From positions 1 through 27,491 of IMG/VR virus record IMGVR_UViG_3300027756_001482: a stretch of DNA of 27,491 nt; one strand, given 5' to 3'. The DNA comes from a virus (lineage: Duplodnaviria > Caudoviricetes). Position numbers and translations under genes: made by a program. Under the pieces are notes generated by a model, which was given only the letters and a program-made list of their open reading frames with translations, did no database searches and was not told the DNA's origin. Positions 8,129 to 16,929 of the stretch are shown here, piece after piece. Numbering within the stretch: position 1 is the stretch's first letter; every line of letters begins with the position of its first letter.

Positions 8129-9122
8129 CTTGCAATATTCTCCAGGCTGTGCCATCACGCATTTCTGCTTCGGTGAATTGGCAATAGGCCATGTGTCTGG
8201 CCCAGGCTTCTACTTCATCCAAACTGGGGACACGTAGGTTTTCTATTTCACTTATGCTTTGACTACACAGCGGTGCGGCTGCATTTGGGCCTAAGGTAAT
8301 GGCTGGCTTACCGTGTAGCAGGGCTTCGCCTGCGGCAATACTGGAAAATGTGACCAAACAATGTACATCACGATCCAGGGCCATTTCTATGGTATCATTG
8401 TTGACTCTGGTGCTGCGACTTTGTTTGGTGCGTATTATTACAGGTCGGTCAGTGTGTGCGCGAATTTCAGCTTGTACGGTTTCTAACCAATCCTCAAGTA
8501 TGATATCATAGTTGTTGAGTAATTTTTGACTGGGAGGAGCCAACAGTATGCTGGTTCCTCGAGTCATCTTCTGCAGCTTTACTGAGGTTTTTTTTAATCT
8601 GTCCCCGGGACGGTCAACAATGTCTCCAAACCATTGCACATCATTTTTTGTTATTCTGTGATAGAGTTTTTTCTTGCTGTTGCCAAAATATCCAGTATCA
8701 ATATAAAAAAAATCTCGCCCGGCTTCACGACATGCTTCCATCTGTTTGCGTTTGGTAATACCACGCAACACCACTGGAGTCATGTTAAATTCTTCTCGAG
8801 ACCAGTTACTGATTTGACCACCAGCACCTTGCACAAAACTTTGCAGGATAGGATCGTACATGTGACCTTTTCTTTCATATCTGTATTCACTATCAGTGCT
8901 TACAATGTTGTTGACTGGTAGAGCCGAGAGTTGTTGACTCAAGGTCTCAAGTGTGATGCCATAAGTGAATCCTGCAGGATCCACTCGATATTTCAGTATG
9001 TTGTCGAATATTGTGCGTATTTCTGGTACCACCTGGTCTAACACATGTGGTTCAACCGCAGCTGGTGATTCAGGCGTAGGCAGAACATATGTGGTCTCGT
9101 CTTCTTGTTCCCAATCATTCAT
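8121..9122 (-). CDS. KpsC/KpsS-like glycosyltransferase, paralog 4
   Basis: LRGITK, YIDTGYFG, HTDRPVIIR, HCLVTFSSIAAGEALLHGKP, MAYCQF; clearly similar to 4543-5346, with an N-terminal extension. Confidence 0.65.
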   Translation of the reverse strand: MNDWEQEDETTYVLPTPESPAAVEPHVLDQVVPEIRTIFDNILKYRVDPAGFTYGITLETLSQQLSALPVNNIVSTDSEYRYERKGHMYDPILQSFVQGAGGQISNWSREEFNMTPVVLRGITKRKQMEACREAGRDFFYIDTGYFGNSKKKLYHRITKNDVQWFGDIVDRPGDRLKKTSVKLQKMTRGTSILLAPPSQKLLNNYDIILEDWLETVQAEIRAHTDRPVIIRTKQSRSTRVNNDTIEMALDRDVHCLVTFSSIAAGEALLHGKPAITLGPNAAAPLCSQSISEIENLRVPSLDEVEAWARHMAYCQFTEAEMRDGTAWRILQGG

Positions 9123-9804
9123 TGTGTGTTCTTTGTTGGCAGTGGTCAGTCAGTGTGCGTTCATGATGCCATTCTTCACCTTGTGGTGTGTCATGGAATT
9201 CATCAAAGCATGGAGTACCCAAGGTATAGTGCAAGAGCTTGGCGTCAGGGTTTGGTCCGTATTCATCAGGCAACCAATTCCATTCTGGGGGTAGCTCGCC
9301 TATACGGTCATTGTCGATCCAGCTAAATCTATGCAGTTCTGCGCCTGTGCTGTTTTGTACAAACTCAGGAGTCAACTTGCGATTGGGAAAACTGTTACAG
9401 TTCCACAAGATCACACTTGACCAGTTCTTTCTTGGATAGTCTTCGTTCTTGCTGCCGAGATACTTTTCAGTCATGCGTGTTTTGTAGTCATGTTTGACAA
9501 CCATGACATCATTGTAGGGATTTTGTAAATTCCATAACTCTATAATATCGCCACGCAGGATCATGTCGCCGTCAATGAATATGGCCCAACCCGAATAGTC
9601 CATCAGGTGTGGCACAAGGAATCGTGTGTAGATAAAATGATTGCTGCCGTCAGTGTGTGTCTCATCATAGTCTTGAAACAGGTTCAAGGCCACAGGCACA
9701 ATGGCCACTGACCGACTGGCATGTCTGATGATTGAGTTCACGCACACATGATAGGCCACTGCTTCTCTGGGATCGTAGCCCACAAAGATAGGAATTGGTT
9801 TCAT
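9115..9804 (-). CDS. glycosyltransferase (GT8-like)
   Basis: IFVGYDPRE, TRFLVP, FIDGDM (DxD), YPRKNWSSV, LPPEWN, LLHYTLGTP. Confidence 0.85.
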   Translation of the reverse strand: MKPIPIFVGYDPREAVAYHVCVNSIIRHASRSVAIVPVALNLFQDYDETHTDGSNHFIYTRFLVPHLMDYSGWAIFIDGDMILRGDIIELWNLQNPYNDVMVVKHDYKTRMTEKYLGSKNEDYPRKNWSSVILWNCNSFPNRKLTPEFVQNSTGAELHRFSWIDNDRIGELPPEWNWLPDEYGPNPDAKLLHYTLGTPCFDEFHDTPQGEEWHHERTLTDHCQQRTHNE

Positions 9805-10562
9805 TTCTTACGTTCTATATCTTCTTCAACACAGCGCTCGCCGTATTGAATTTCAATCAACTTCAAGGGCTGATCTGTTTCGTTGCACAGTTGATGCCAT
9901 TCGTTTACTGCAATAAATGTGTTTTGATGCATGGTCAAATAGCACTTGACTTCTTGATCAGTACTGGCGTCATCCAAGGTGTATACTGTGGCCGCACCCT
10001 CAGCCACAAACCAAAACTCTGCACGACTGTCATGACGTTGCATGCTCAAACATGTCTTGGGCATCACAGTGAGTTCTTTGAGTTTGGTGTTGGTGCCCAC
10101 TTCATGCAGCACACGATAGTATCCCCAGGCACGATCAGTCCGGGGTGTTTTCCACTCTTGCAATATCCAACTTGAACTGTTCTTTTTGTCATCTCCGCCT
10201 ACGCCGAATGCAAATTCAACATTGGTCATACGCATTTCAGGAATGTTGTCGGACGTTCTGTCTCCGCCATTGGCAAACACAAGTTCATCGTCAGGATAAT
10301 GCGCACGGACCTGCTCTATAAAATGACAGGCAGAACCGTCTGAATCATCAAAGGTATAAACTTCATTAACCATGCTCAAATTGTTGATGATACACAGGCG
10401 TTCGTTCCAGGGCATGAACGCCCGACCTTTTTTGCGTTCCAGCCATTCGTCGCTGTTTAGGCCAACGATGAGCATGTCGCCCAGTGTTCGTGCTGCTTTA
10501 AAATAGGCAATATGCCCAGAATGGACGGGGTCAAAGCCCCCAGTTACAAGTACAATTTTCAT
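9801..10562 (-). CDS. bifunctional cytidylyl/adenylyltransferase (TagD/RfaE-like) plus cupin (mannose-6-P-isomerase-type C-terminal domain)
   Basis: GGFDPVHSGH (HxGH), VGLNSD, FANGGDR, KNSSS; then RAWGYY, LSMQRH..RAEFW, WHQL, IEIQYG..EEDIER. ATG at 10562. Confidence 0.85.
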   Translation of the reverse strand: MKIVLVTGGFDPVHSGHIAYFKAARTLGDMLIVGLNSDEWLERKKGRAFMPWNERLCIINNLSMVNEVYTFDDSDGSACHFIEQVRAHYPDDELVFANGGDRTSDNIPEMRMTNVEFAFGVGGDDKKNSSSWILQEWKTPRTDRAWGYYRVLHEVGTNTKLKELTVMPKTCLSMQRHDSRAEFWFVAEGAATVYTLDDASTDQEVKCYLTMHQNTFIAVNEWHQLCNETDQPLKLIEIQYGERCVEEDIERKK

Positions 10563-10567
10563 GCAGA

Positions 10568-10573
10568 TATTTA
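10568..10573 (-). promoter_or_regulatory. putative late promoter TAAATA
   Basis: 5 nt upstream of ATG 10562, at the head of the minus-strand operon 10562-7178. Confidence 0.55.
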
Positions 10574-10645
10574 ACCAACATGACTCACACACCACCAAAA
10601 AGCTGTCCAGGCCTCAATGAAGAATATCAGCAAGAAAAATTCCAT
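10571..10645 (-). CDS. putative 24-aa membrane peptide (possibly a remnant of a longer gene)
   Basis: Manual translation MEFFLLIFFIEAWTAFWWCVSHVG; fills an otherwise unexplained gap. Confidence 0.4.
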   Translation of the reverse strand: MEFFLLIFFIEAWTAFWWCVSHVG

Positions 10646-10685
10646 TTCTGCCAGGTCTCGCTAACAGCGTTCTTGATCAGTTATT

Positions 10686-11339
10686 TCAAGTCAGTTTTAT
10701 TTCTACAGTGGCTCGTTTTTTGCCAACAGCTTCTACTACCACATCAACAACTTCAAACCCGTCCACACCTATAAAATTAGTTTTGGTGCCTTTGCATCGT
10801 ATATCTAAAATAATCCTTGTATTTTTGTGCGAATGTTTTTTCATCAAGTCAATGTAGGTCTTTACAGGATAGTGATGTCCACAACTGAGCCAAGATGTTA
10901 TCAAATCAAATTTTATATTTTCATCAATATTGATGTTGTTGGTATCGATCAAGTGATAATTTTTTGTGCCTAGTTCTTGCAGTTTGGCATCTAAAAAGTC
11001 AAAAGTATGATAAAAATACAAAGAGTCTGACGTTGTGTTCCAATTGCCATAAGAAGCAGACTCGGGTTTGTTGGTATTTTGTTGTTGATCGCCATCCAGT
11101 AACCACAACTCTGTACCGTATTTTTCTGCAAACCAACGAGATTCGTGGGCAAACCCGCAACCAATGTCCAATAACTTGCCAACAGGCCGCGACAAATAAG
11201 CATCAACTGCCTCAAAATTGGCTCGTTTTTTGGCAGTGTATCTTTCTGTGGTCCATTTGCTGGCCCATTGTGCAGAATCGTGTGCCCCTTTGTCTGGATT
11301 GTCTATGTAGTTGTTTAAGGGGTCTTTTATTTGTGTCAT
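10686..11339 (-). CDS. class I SAM-dependent methyltransferase
   Basis: LLDIGCGFA, LLDGD, FDLITSWLSCGHHYP. Confidence 0.85.
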   Translation of the reverse strand: MTQIKDPLNNYIDNPDKGAHDSAQWASKWTTERYTAKKRANFEAVDAYLSRPVGKLLDIGCGFAHESRWFAEKYGTELWLLDGDQQQNTNKPESASYGNWNTTSDSLYFYHTFDFLDAKLQELGTKNYHLIDTNNINIDENIKFDLITSWLSCGHHYPVKTYIDLMKKHSHKNTRIILDIRCKGTKTNFIGVDGFEVVDVVVEAVGKKRATVEIKLT

Positions 11340-11343
11340 AATG

Positions 11344-11349
11344 TATTTA
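11344..11349 (-). promoter_or_regulatory. putative late promoter TAAATA
   Basis: 4 nt upstream of ATG 11339. Confidence 0.5.
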
Positions 11350-11354
11350 GTTTA

Positions 11355-11807
11355 TTAAACCGTGATATCTTCCATGCCTGCTGTGCGCAAGCGAACCACA
11401 TGACCCATTTGCCATTGTTTGGTGTCCAGGCCTTTCATGATGCCCAGCCAACGATTACGCAACAGCGCCACTTCGTTGATGATGGTTTCAAAGTCCACAA
11501 CTTCTTCTTCACCATCCACATACTTTTCAGCGTCACGTGATGTCAATGCTCGAGCATATCCTTCCAGATACTTTTGGAAATGCCGGCGCCGTATCTTTCT
11601 CAGTTGGATGTTGAGATAGTTCAACACTGCTTCAATCTCTTGCAACTGATTGAACCTGTGTTCAGTTATGCCCGGCAGTGCAGTGATGTTCTTTTCAACC
11701 AGGCCACCAATTTTACAGTCACGTTTGGCGTCTTGCAGTTCGTTTTCAAAGTGTGCAATGAAATCAGGTATGTTGCCTAGATCAGCAACTACTTTGCTAT
11801 ACCACAT
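11355..11807 (-). CDS. uvsY: recombination mediator UvsY-like protein
   Basis: 150-aa helical protein with YLEGY..ALTSRDAEKYVDGE and C-terminal VVRLRTAG; near uvsX and SSB. Confidence 0.75.
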   Translation of the reverse strand: MWYSKVVADLGNIPDFIAHFENELQDAKRDCKIGGLVEKNITALPGITEHRFNQLQEIEAVLNYLNIQLRKIRRRHFQKYLEGYARALTSRDAEKYVDGEEEVVDFETIINEVALLRNRWLGIMKGLDTKQWQMGHVVRLRTAGMEDITV

Positions 11808-12972
11808 GATGTTCTTCTAGTGCCAGCCATTGAATCATCGAATTGGGAAATACGTTCAATGACAACTTTCTTCTGGCTGCAAATTCCTGCAGGTATTGTC
11901 GGAATTGACTTTTTTGTTGATCTGTGTAAGGTTGTTCCAGGGCCTGTATTATTTGATCCTTGATTGAAATATCACTGACATTTAAATTTTCAATTAGTTC
12001 ATTTTTTATCTGCTGATCCAACACATTTACTGCGAGAAAATCTGGCTCTGCACAAAATTGATATGTGATCTCATAGTCTTCAAAATACTTTTTAAATGCA
12101 AAAATATCAAAAATAGTGATATTGCTCACAACTGATCTGAAAACTACCTGACAGCCATGAGTCTTTAAAATTTCTAAATTTGTTAAAAACTTATCAAAAC
12201 TGTTGCCATGTCTCACAAACTCATACTGATTGTTCAGAGATTCGGCGCTGACAAAAATTGTGATGTTTGACCAATCATTTATTTTGCCCAGTTGATGTTT
12301 CAGTCTGTTGGGATTCACTCCCAATCCTGTGAATAATCTAATGTGCGTGGATTTTGATAATTTGTTTACTATGTCGGGCACATGATTGTATAAGAATGGT
12401 TCGCCGCCGGCGAAATCAACAGTTTGTACACTGTCAAATTTTGCAATTTCTTGCATGAGTAACTCGTAACCATACGATTCAATGTGTTCACCCTGGCTGA
12501 GTTTGTTGACAATCTTGTCCTTGACGGTGATCTGAAATCGATCTCCCGGCAAATAATCGCCGTTTTCCTGGATATCTCTATACCAAGCTGAACTGAATTC
12601 TTTGCAGCAATACACACAAGTTAAATTACAAGTTGAGCCTAGAGTAATCACCAACGTTGTTGGTTGTGCTTGAATTGATAATGGTTGTGGGGTCTGAGCT
12701 TGCATCATTGTGCGTCGACTCGGCAGTCCCTGACGTTCAGGAGACCAGCACATGTCTTCACAACTGGCAGCTGGTTGATTTTCCAACATCTGTTGCCGTT
12801 CAATCTGCAAGTTGGGTGTGTTAAACAATTGCCCAGGATTGCGTGATAACCAAGACAAATCTATAGGTTGTGCAACTGCAACATTGCATGATCTAAGATT
12901 GCGCCTTTCAAAATCCACGGACAAAATAGAAAATTTCTGACTGCAAAAATAATTTTTAATCTCAGTAGTCAT
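11797..12972 (-). CDS. radical SAM protein with N-terminal twitch-like Cys region
   Basis: CNLTCVYC, FAGGEPF, SAES, YEFVRHG; N-terminal FC...SC...SCEDMCW; start ATG 12972. Confidence 0.85.
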   Translation of the reverse strand: MTTEIKNYFCSQKFSILSVDFERRNLRSCNVAVAQPIDLSWLSRNPGQLFNTPNLQIERQQMLENQPAASCEDMCWSPERQGLPSRRTMMQAQTPQPLSIQAQPTTLVITLGSTCNLTCVYCCKEFSSAWYRDIQENGDYLPGDRFQITVKDKIVNKLSQGEHIESYGYELLMQEIAKFDSVQTVDFAGGEPFLYNHVPDIVNKLSKSTHIRLFTGLGVNPNRLKHQLGKINDWSNITIFVSAESLNNQYEFVRHGNSFDKFLTNLEILKTHGCQVVFRSVVSNITIFDIFAFKKYFEDYEITYQFCAEPDFLAVNVLDQQIKNELIENLNVSDISIKDQIIQALEQPYTDQQKSQFRQYLQEFAARRKLSLNVFPNSMIQWLALEEHHVV

Positions 12973-13225
12973 CTTCTTGATTGTAGTTGTCTTCGTCCTC
13001 AAATTCTTCTTCTTCCTCTTCTGCATAGTCCTTGTCGTTGTCCAAGTATGCAGTCAAGGCCTTTTTGATGTCCGAATCACCTTTAAAGGCATTTTTGATT
13101 TCGTCAACGCTATGATCATGATCAATCAGGATGGTCACAATGCTTTCAGCAGCCTCCATACGATCTACCACGTTGACATATCGTTTTAACTCGCCCCAAA
13201 TTTCGCTTGCTACTTCTGCTGACAT
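12962..13225 (-). CDS. hypothetical protein with acidic C-terminal tail (87 aa)
   Basis: Translationally coupled to uvsX (TAATG); tail AEEEEEEFEDEDNYNQEDDY. Confidence 0.8.
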   Translation of the reverse strand: MSAEVASEIWGELKRYVNVVDRMEAAESIVTILIDHDHSVDEIKNAFKGDSDIKKALTAYLDNDKDYAEEEEEEFEDEDNYNQEDDY

Positions 13226-14283
13226 TATTCTTCCTCCACAGTGTCGACTGTACTTACCTCAGTCTTGATGTTCTTGAAGTCCACCATGACTTTGTCTAGG
13301 CAACCATCATCGTTCTTTTCCCAGGCCTTACGGAACTTCTTGATAACTTCGCCATCACTGGTGGTGAACACCAGGCTGTTGCCTTCACGCTTGAGCAGCT
13401 CTTTTTTCTCAATCAAGTCAGTCAATCCTGAATAAGGGCTCATGCCTGTTGTGTAGGGAATCTTGACCTGCACACCTTCAAACGGTTTGGCATAGCGTGT
13501 TTTCATGACTTTACAGCCTGCACGGATACCATTCACATCTGACACTTTGTTGCCATCTTCGTCCTCTTTCAGCTTCATCTTTTTCATTGCAACCACAATG
13601 CTCGAAGCATAGATAAAGCCTTGACCTCCGGAGATCTTGTCATCTGGATCAAACATATCTTGGCTGGCGTATGTGTGATTGGTACAAACCAAGCCCACGT
13701 TGTAACTACCAAACATGTTCACACAGTTACGAACCAAGGCCGTAAGCGCTTTGGGTTTGCGACCCAAGTCGCCTTTCATTTCGCCTGCGTCAAACTGGTT
13801 GACGTCTGTGGGAGTCAACAACATGCCCAATGAGTCAATCACAAACATGACCTTGGGACGTTCGCCCTCGGGCAAGGCTTTGTAGTCGCTCATGAATGTT
13901 GATATGGTCTTGGCCACGTCATCGATCATGGCCATGCTCAACTTCAACAGTTTGCTTTCGCTGGTGTCCACCCCCAGTGCTTTGAGCCAGTCTTCGTCCA
14001 GTGCGTTTTCACTGTCAATCAACACCACAAAGATGCCTTGCTCTTGTGCGTTCTTGACAATGTTGCCTGAACAAATATAACTTTTGCCTGCACCCGAGTC
14101 GCCAGCAAACACTGTGACCTTGCCTAGAGGAATGCCGCGATTGAAGTCGCCTGAGATCAGGTAATTCAATGCATAGTTACCTGTTGAGATCCAGTCTGTG
14201 GGATCATTGAACCCAATGCTGAGTCCATCAATGCTTTTTGTTATTTCCTTGCGGAATTTACTTACGTCAAATGGTTTTCCCAC
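13225..14283 (-). CDS. uvsX: RecA/UvsX-like recombinase
   Basis: WISTGNYALN, Walker A AGDSGAGKS, IDSENA, Walker B FVIDSLG, TNHTY, ISGGQG, KTRY. Confidence 0.95.
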   Translation of the reverse strand: MGKPFDVSKFRKEITKSIDGLSIGFNDPTDWISTGNYALNYLISGDFNRGIPLGKVTVFAGDSGAGKSYICSGNIVKNAQEQGIFVVLIDSENALDEDWLKALGVDTSESKLLKLSMAMIDDVAKTISTFMSDYKALPEGERPKVMFVIDSLGMLLTPTDVNQFDAGEMKGDLGRKPKALTALVRNCVNMFGSYNVGLVCTNHTYASQDMFDPDDKISGGQGFIYASSIVVAMKKMKLKEDEDGNKVSDVNGIRAGCKVMKTRYAKPFEGVQVKIPYTTGMSPYSGLTDLIEKKELLKREGNSLVFTTSDGEVIKKFRKAWEKNDDGCLDKVMVDFKNIKTEVSTVDTVEEE

Positions 14284-14308
14284 GATTTGTTCCTTTAAAG
14301 TTTATGTT

Positions 14309-14337
14309 ATTATATTATAAAATATCTGCAATGTCAA
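14309..14337 (-). promoter_or_regulatory. perfect sigma70 consensus promoter TTGACA-N17-TATAAT for uvsX
   Basis: tgtcaa 14332-14337, attata 14309-14314; SD AAAGGA before GTG 14283. Confidence 0.85.
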
Positions 14338-15145
14338 CATGTAGATTTATATACGATTTCCAAAATGTTCCAACTAGATTAGCATTGAAATCATCAAGCC
14401 CCAAGTCTGAGTACAGTTGTTGTATCATGTGCAAGAATTTGTGTTGATCAAAAATATTGCTGTCTATATCAATCATGATAGGATCAGTACTGATCAAATT
14501 CCATCGATAAAATTGACCCATTTCGGCGAGTGTGTGTTCTGGGTAACCAGTCAGCCGGTTGATATTGAATCCTATGTTTTTGAATTCAGTCCATGTTGGC
14601 CAATCTGTGCCGGCCAACTGTTGATATTTGGATTGACAATAATTTCCTGCATGTGCGTCAACGTTGTCATTTTCGCTCTTTAACCGGGCTGATATCAAAC
14701 TAAATTTACGATGATTCACCAGCATCACAATGCTGGCTCTGGGCCAGACTTTGAGAACATTTGACGCTTGGTCTGGCCCAGAGTGGCAAGTGATAAAAAA
14801 TTTCATGTTTGAAATTGACAGTCTTTTTGTGATATCATTTGTATCATTGTCGTCCGAAATGCCCTGTGTCCATTTCCGTGCGACTGATGGCCCAAACAAC
14901 TGGCGATCTCCCAATTCGTAACAATTGATCCAGTTGATCATGTCACTAGCTGGAGGTAGAGTTTTCATGACTGAAGATAATCTATAGATGTAATCGCCAG
15001 GATTATCTATCAAATGTTCGGCAATCTCACGATCTTGAGGTACACAATGTCGACTCAATGCCAGGCAGTTCATAATAAACTTTCCGCCGGCAAATCTAGG
15101 AAACTGCATCACAATAGGATTTGTTGATTGGTAATCAGTTGGCAT
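14315..15145 (-). CDS. hypothetical protein, possibly sulfotransferase/P-loop-like
   Basis: N-terminal beta-strand + FPRFAGGKFI resembles a 5'-PSB loop; also YQQLAGTDWPTW. Function is inference. Confidence 0.6.
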   Translation of the reverse strand: MPTDYQSTNPIVMQFPRFAGGKFIMNCLALSRHCVPQDREIAEHLIDNPGDYIYRLSSVMKTLPPASDMINWINCYELGDRQLFGPSVARKWTQGISDDNDTNDITKRLSISNMKFFITCHSGPDQASNVLKVWPRASIVMLVNHRKFSLISARLKSENDNVDAHAGNYCQSKYQQLAGTDWPTWTEFKNIGFNINRLTGYPEHTLAEMGQFYRWNLISTDPIMIDIDSNIFDQHKFLHMIQQLYSDLGLDDFNANLVGTFWKSYINLHVDIADIL

Positions 15146-16103
15146 GAATTCTCAGGTGTTCTAGATACCTATTACTGAAGTAATGATCATAATTGTATTC
15201 GATTGTGTCTTGTTCCATAAGATACAAGTCATGCCAATCTTGCACGGATAATTTGCTGAATTTAGAAATCATACACATCAATTCAACCAGTCGTTCCACA
15301 GGGTTTTGTATGTTATCAAAGCGGTAGTCAAACAATTTAGTGTAGCGTTTAAATCCGTAATATTTTTCCACATGGTCATGCCATCCTGGTTGTGCATAGG
15401 CTAAAAATAGTCCACGGGTCACTATGCTGTACAAAAACTTTTCAGTAACAAATGGATAGTAACTAGTGGCCTTGGTTTCACTAACAATGTGTAAGAAACT
15501 CTTGGTTAACTTGTTTTCAAGATTGTAGATGTTTTGTTTGTGATCAAATTGTACGTGACCAAAGCTATTGATTGTGTTAAAAAATTTATCACTATCGCTG
15601 GATATAAAAAATTTGTTATAAACTTGATGTTGATCTGGCAGCAAGAAATCACCTAGATGCCCATCAATAATGGCCGAGTCAAATTGAAAATTTTTACTGC
15701 AATACTCTGAATTAAACCAATCAAATTTTTTTATTATTGACACCAATAGTTTTCTACTTACATGCGATGTCCCATTAAAACTACAAACAAAATTTTTATA
15801 ATCCAGTTCTGGATGCATGTTATAATTATAAAAATGACCAGTGTTGGTTCTTTCCTGAACTTCTATTGAAAATGTAATTTTAAGATTTGGATATTTTGCT
15901 ATTATGTTGTTGGTAAAAAATTGATGAACTGTGATGTCAAAAATCTTGTTCTCTTGGCTGGCAAAATCATTTAATCTTTTTAGGATTTTATTTTGCAAAT
16001 CAATACAAAATCCGCCCATGTGGTCGATCAATAGAAATTTATCAGGTACCCAACTGGGGTCTTCTAATATTCGGTCATAATCAGGACAGTAGAATTTTAT
16101 CAT
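15135..16103 (-). CDS. hypothetical protein, possible glycosyltransferase (GT10-like C-terminus)
   Basis: FVCSFNG...SR and FLHIVSET...FVTEKF resemble the GT10 donor-binding motif (EN..xxYVTEK); start 16103 or 16121. Confidence 0.6.
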   Translation of the reverse strand: MIKFYCPDYDRILEDPSWVPDKFLLIDHMGGFCIDLQNKILKRLNDFASQENKIFDITVHQFFTNNIIAKYPNLKITFSIEVQERTNTGHFYNYNMHPELDYKNFVCSFNGTSHVSRKLLVSIIKKFDWFNSEYCSKNFQFDSAIIDGHLGDFLLPDQHQVYNKFFISSDSDKFFNTINSFGHVQFDHKQNIYNLENKLTKSFLHIVSETKATSYYPFVTEKFLYSIVTRGLFLAYAQPGWHDHVEKYYGFKRYTKLFDYRFDNIQNPVERLVELMCMISKFSKLSVQDWHDLYLMEQDTIEYNYDHYFSNRYLEHLRIHAN

Positions 16104-16189
16104 ATATTTTAAAATCATCAAAGATATTCACATAATGTTACATTATTTTTGAAAATATATAGATGTCGCATACAGAGAATAGATCGCAA

Positions 16190-16918
16190 TCATACAATTT
16201 TAGGTATTAAATAATTTTCAACATACCATCGGTGACCATCAACATTTGGATGATGTGGATTAAAAAAATCAAACCCCATAGACTTGACTAATTCAATAAA
16301 TCCATGTTCATCAGCATCCCTAACAAATTTGTCAAGATCAATTTGTTGATACAATTTGTAGTTAAAATCAACAACACCGTCATCATGATATTGTATTAAA
16401 TGCAACAACGGATAAGAGTTGCACATCACATACTCAATCTGTTTAGCTTCAAGATACTTCTGTACTGCAACAATCGACGCCCAGGCGCGATTGACATGTG
16501 TTACTTGATTATAAAAATACTTGTAGTATTGATTCTTATATCCTCTTGGCACGGCCCCATTGATATACCAGCCATTGGAGGTGTTATACTGGCCATTGTA
16601 ATCCACAAAGGCCGGTGCTTTCCCATCCGGCCAACTAGCAAATTTTACATCAGTTTGAAGATGCGGAGTTGCTGAATTTACGTAAAGATCATATCGATCA
16701 GCAGAAGGCCACATAATCACTACCTTGTCACTATGAGATATGTCGGTAGTAAAAACTTTTTGAACAATGTAATCGTAACCGGCTCCGCGTTCTGCACCAT
16801 TAACCAATGTCATACGTAACAAGCGAGAAAGGATATCGGCCCAGGTATCAATATAATTGTCTTTGGTCAAACTGCAGCCAAATACAAAAAGTTTTTGACA
16901 CTTGTGATCGATATCCAT
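16190..16918 (-). CDS. SGNH/GDSL-like protein
   Basis: LFVFGCSLT (block I-like), TWA, NGAERGAG, VIMWP...RYD, C-terminal HHPNVDGH. Confidence 0.65.
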   Translation of the reverse strand: MDIDHKCQKLFVFGCSLTKDNYIDTWADILSRLLRMTLVNGAERGAGYDYIVQKVFTTDISHSDKVVIMWPSADRYDLYVNSATPHLQTDVKFASWPDGKAPAFVDYNGQYNTSNGWYINGAVPRGYKNQYYKYFYNQVTHVNRAWASIVAVQKYLEAKQIEYVMCNSYPLLHLIQYHDDGVVDFNYKLYQQIDLDKFVRDADEHGFIELVKSMGFDFFNPHHPNVDGHRWYVENYLIPKIV

Positions 16919-16929
16919 CTAACCCTTAA

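Noticed and set aside
10661-10663. In-frame TAG as evidence for stop-codon reassignment
   Set aside because: TAG ends genes at sensible positions (7209-7211, 11797-11799) and all long genes are intact in the standard code.
2171-11339. Bacterial capsule/LPS locus or prophage cargo
   Set aside because: No transporter, flippase or housekeeping genes; genes are overlapped and interleaved with T4-like core genes and share phage promoter motifs; no integrase or att site seen.
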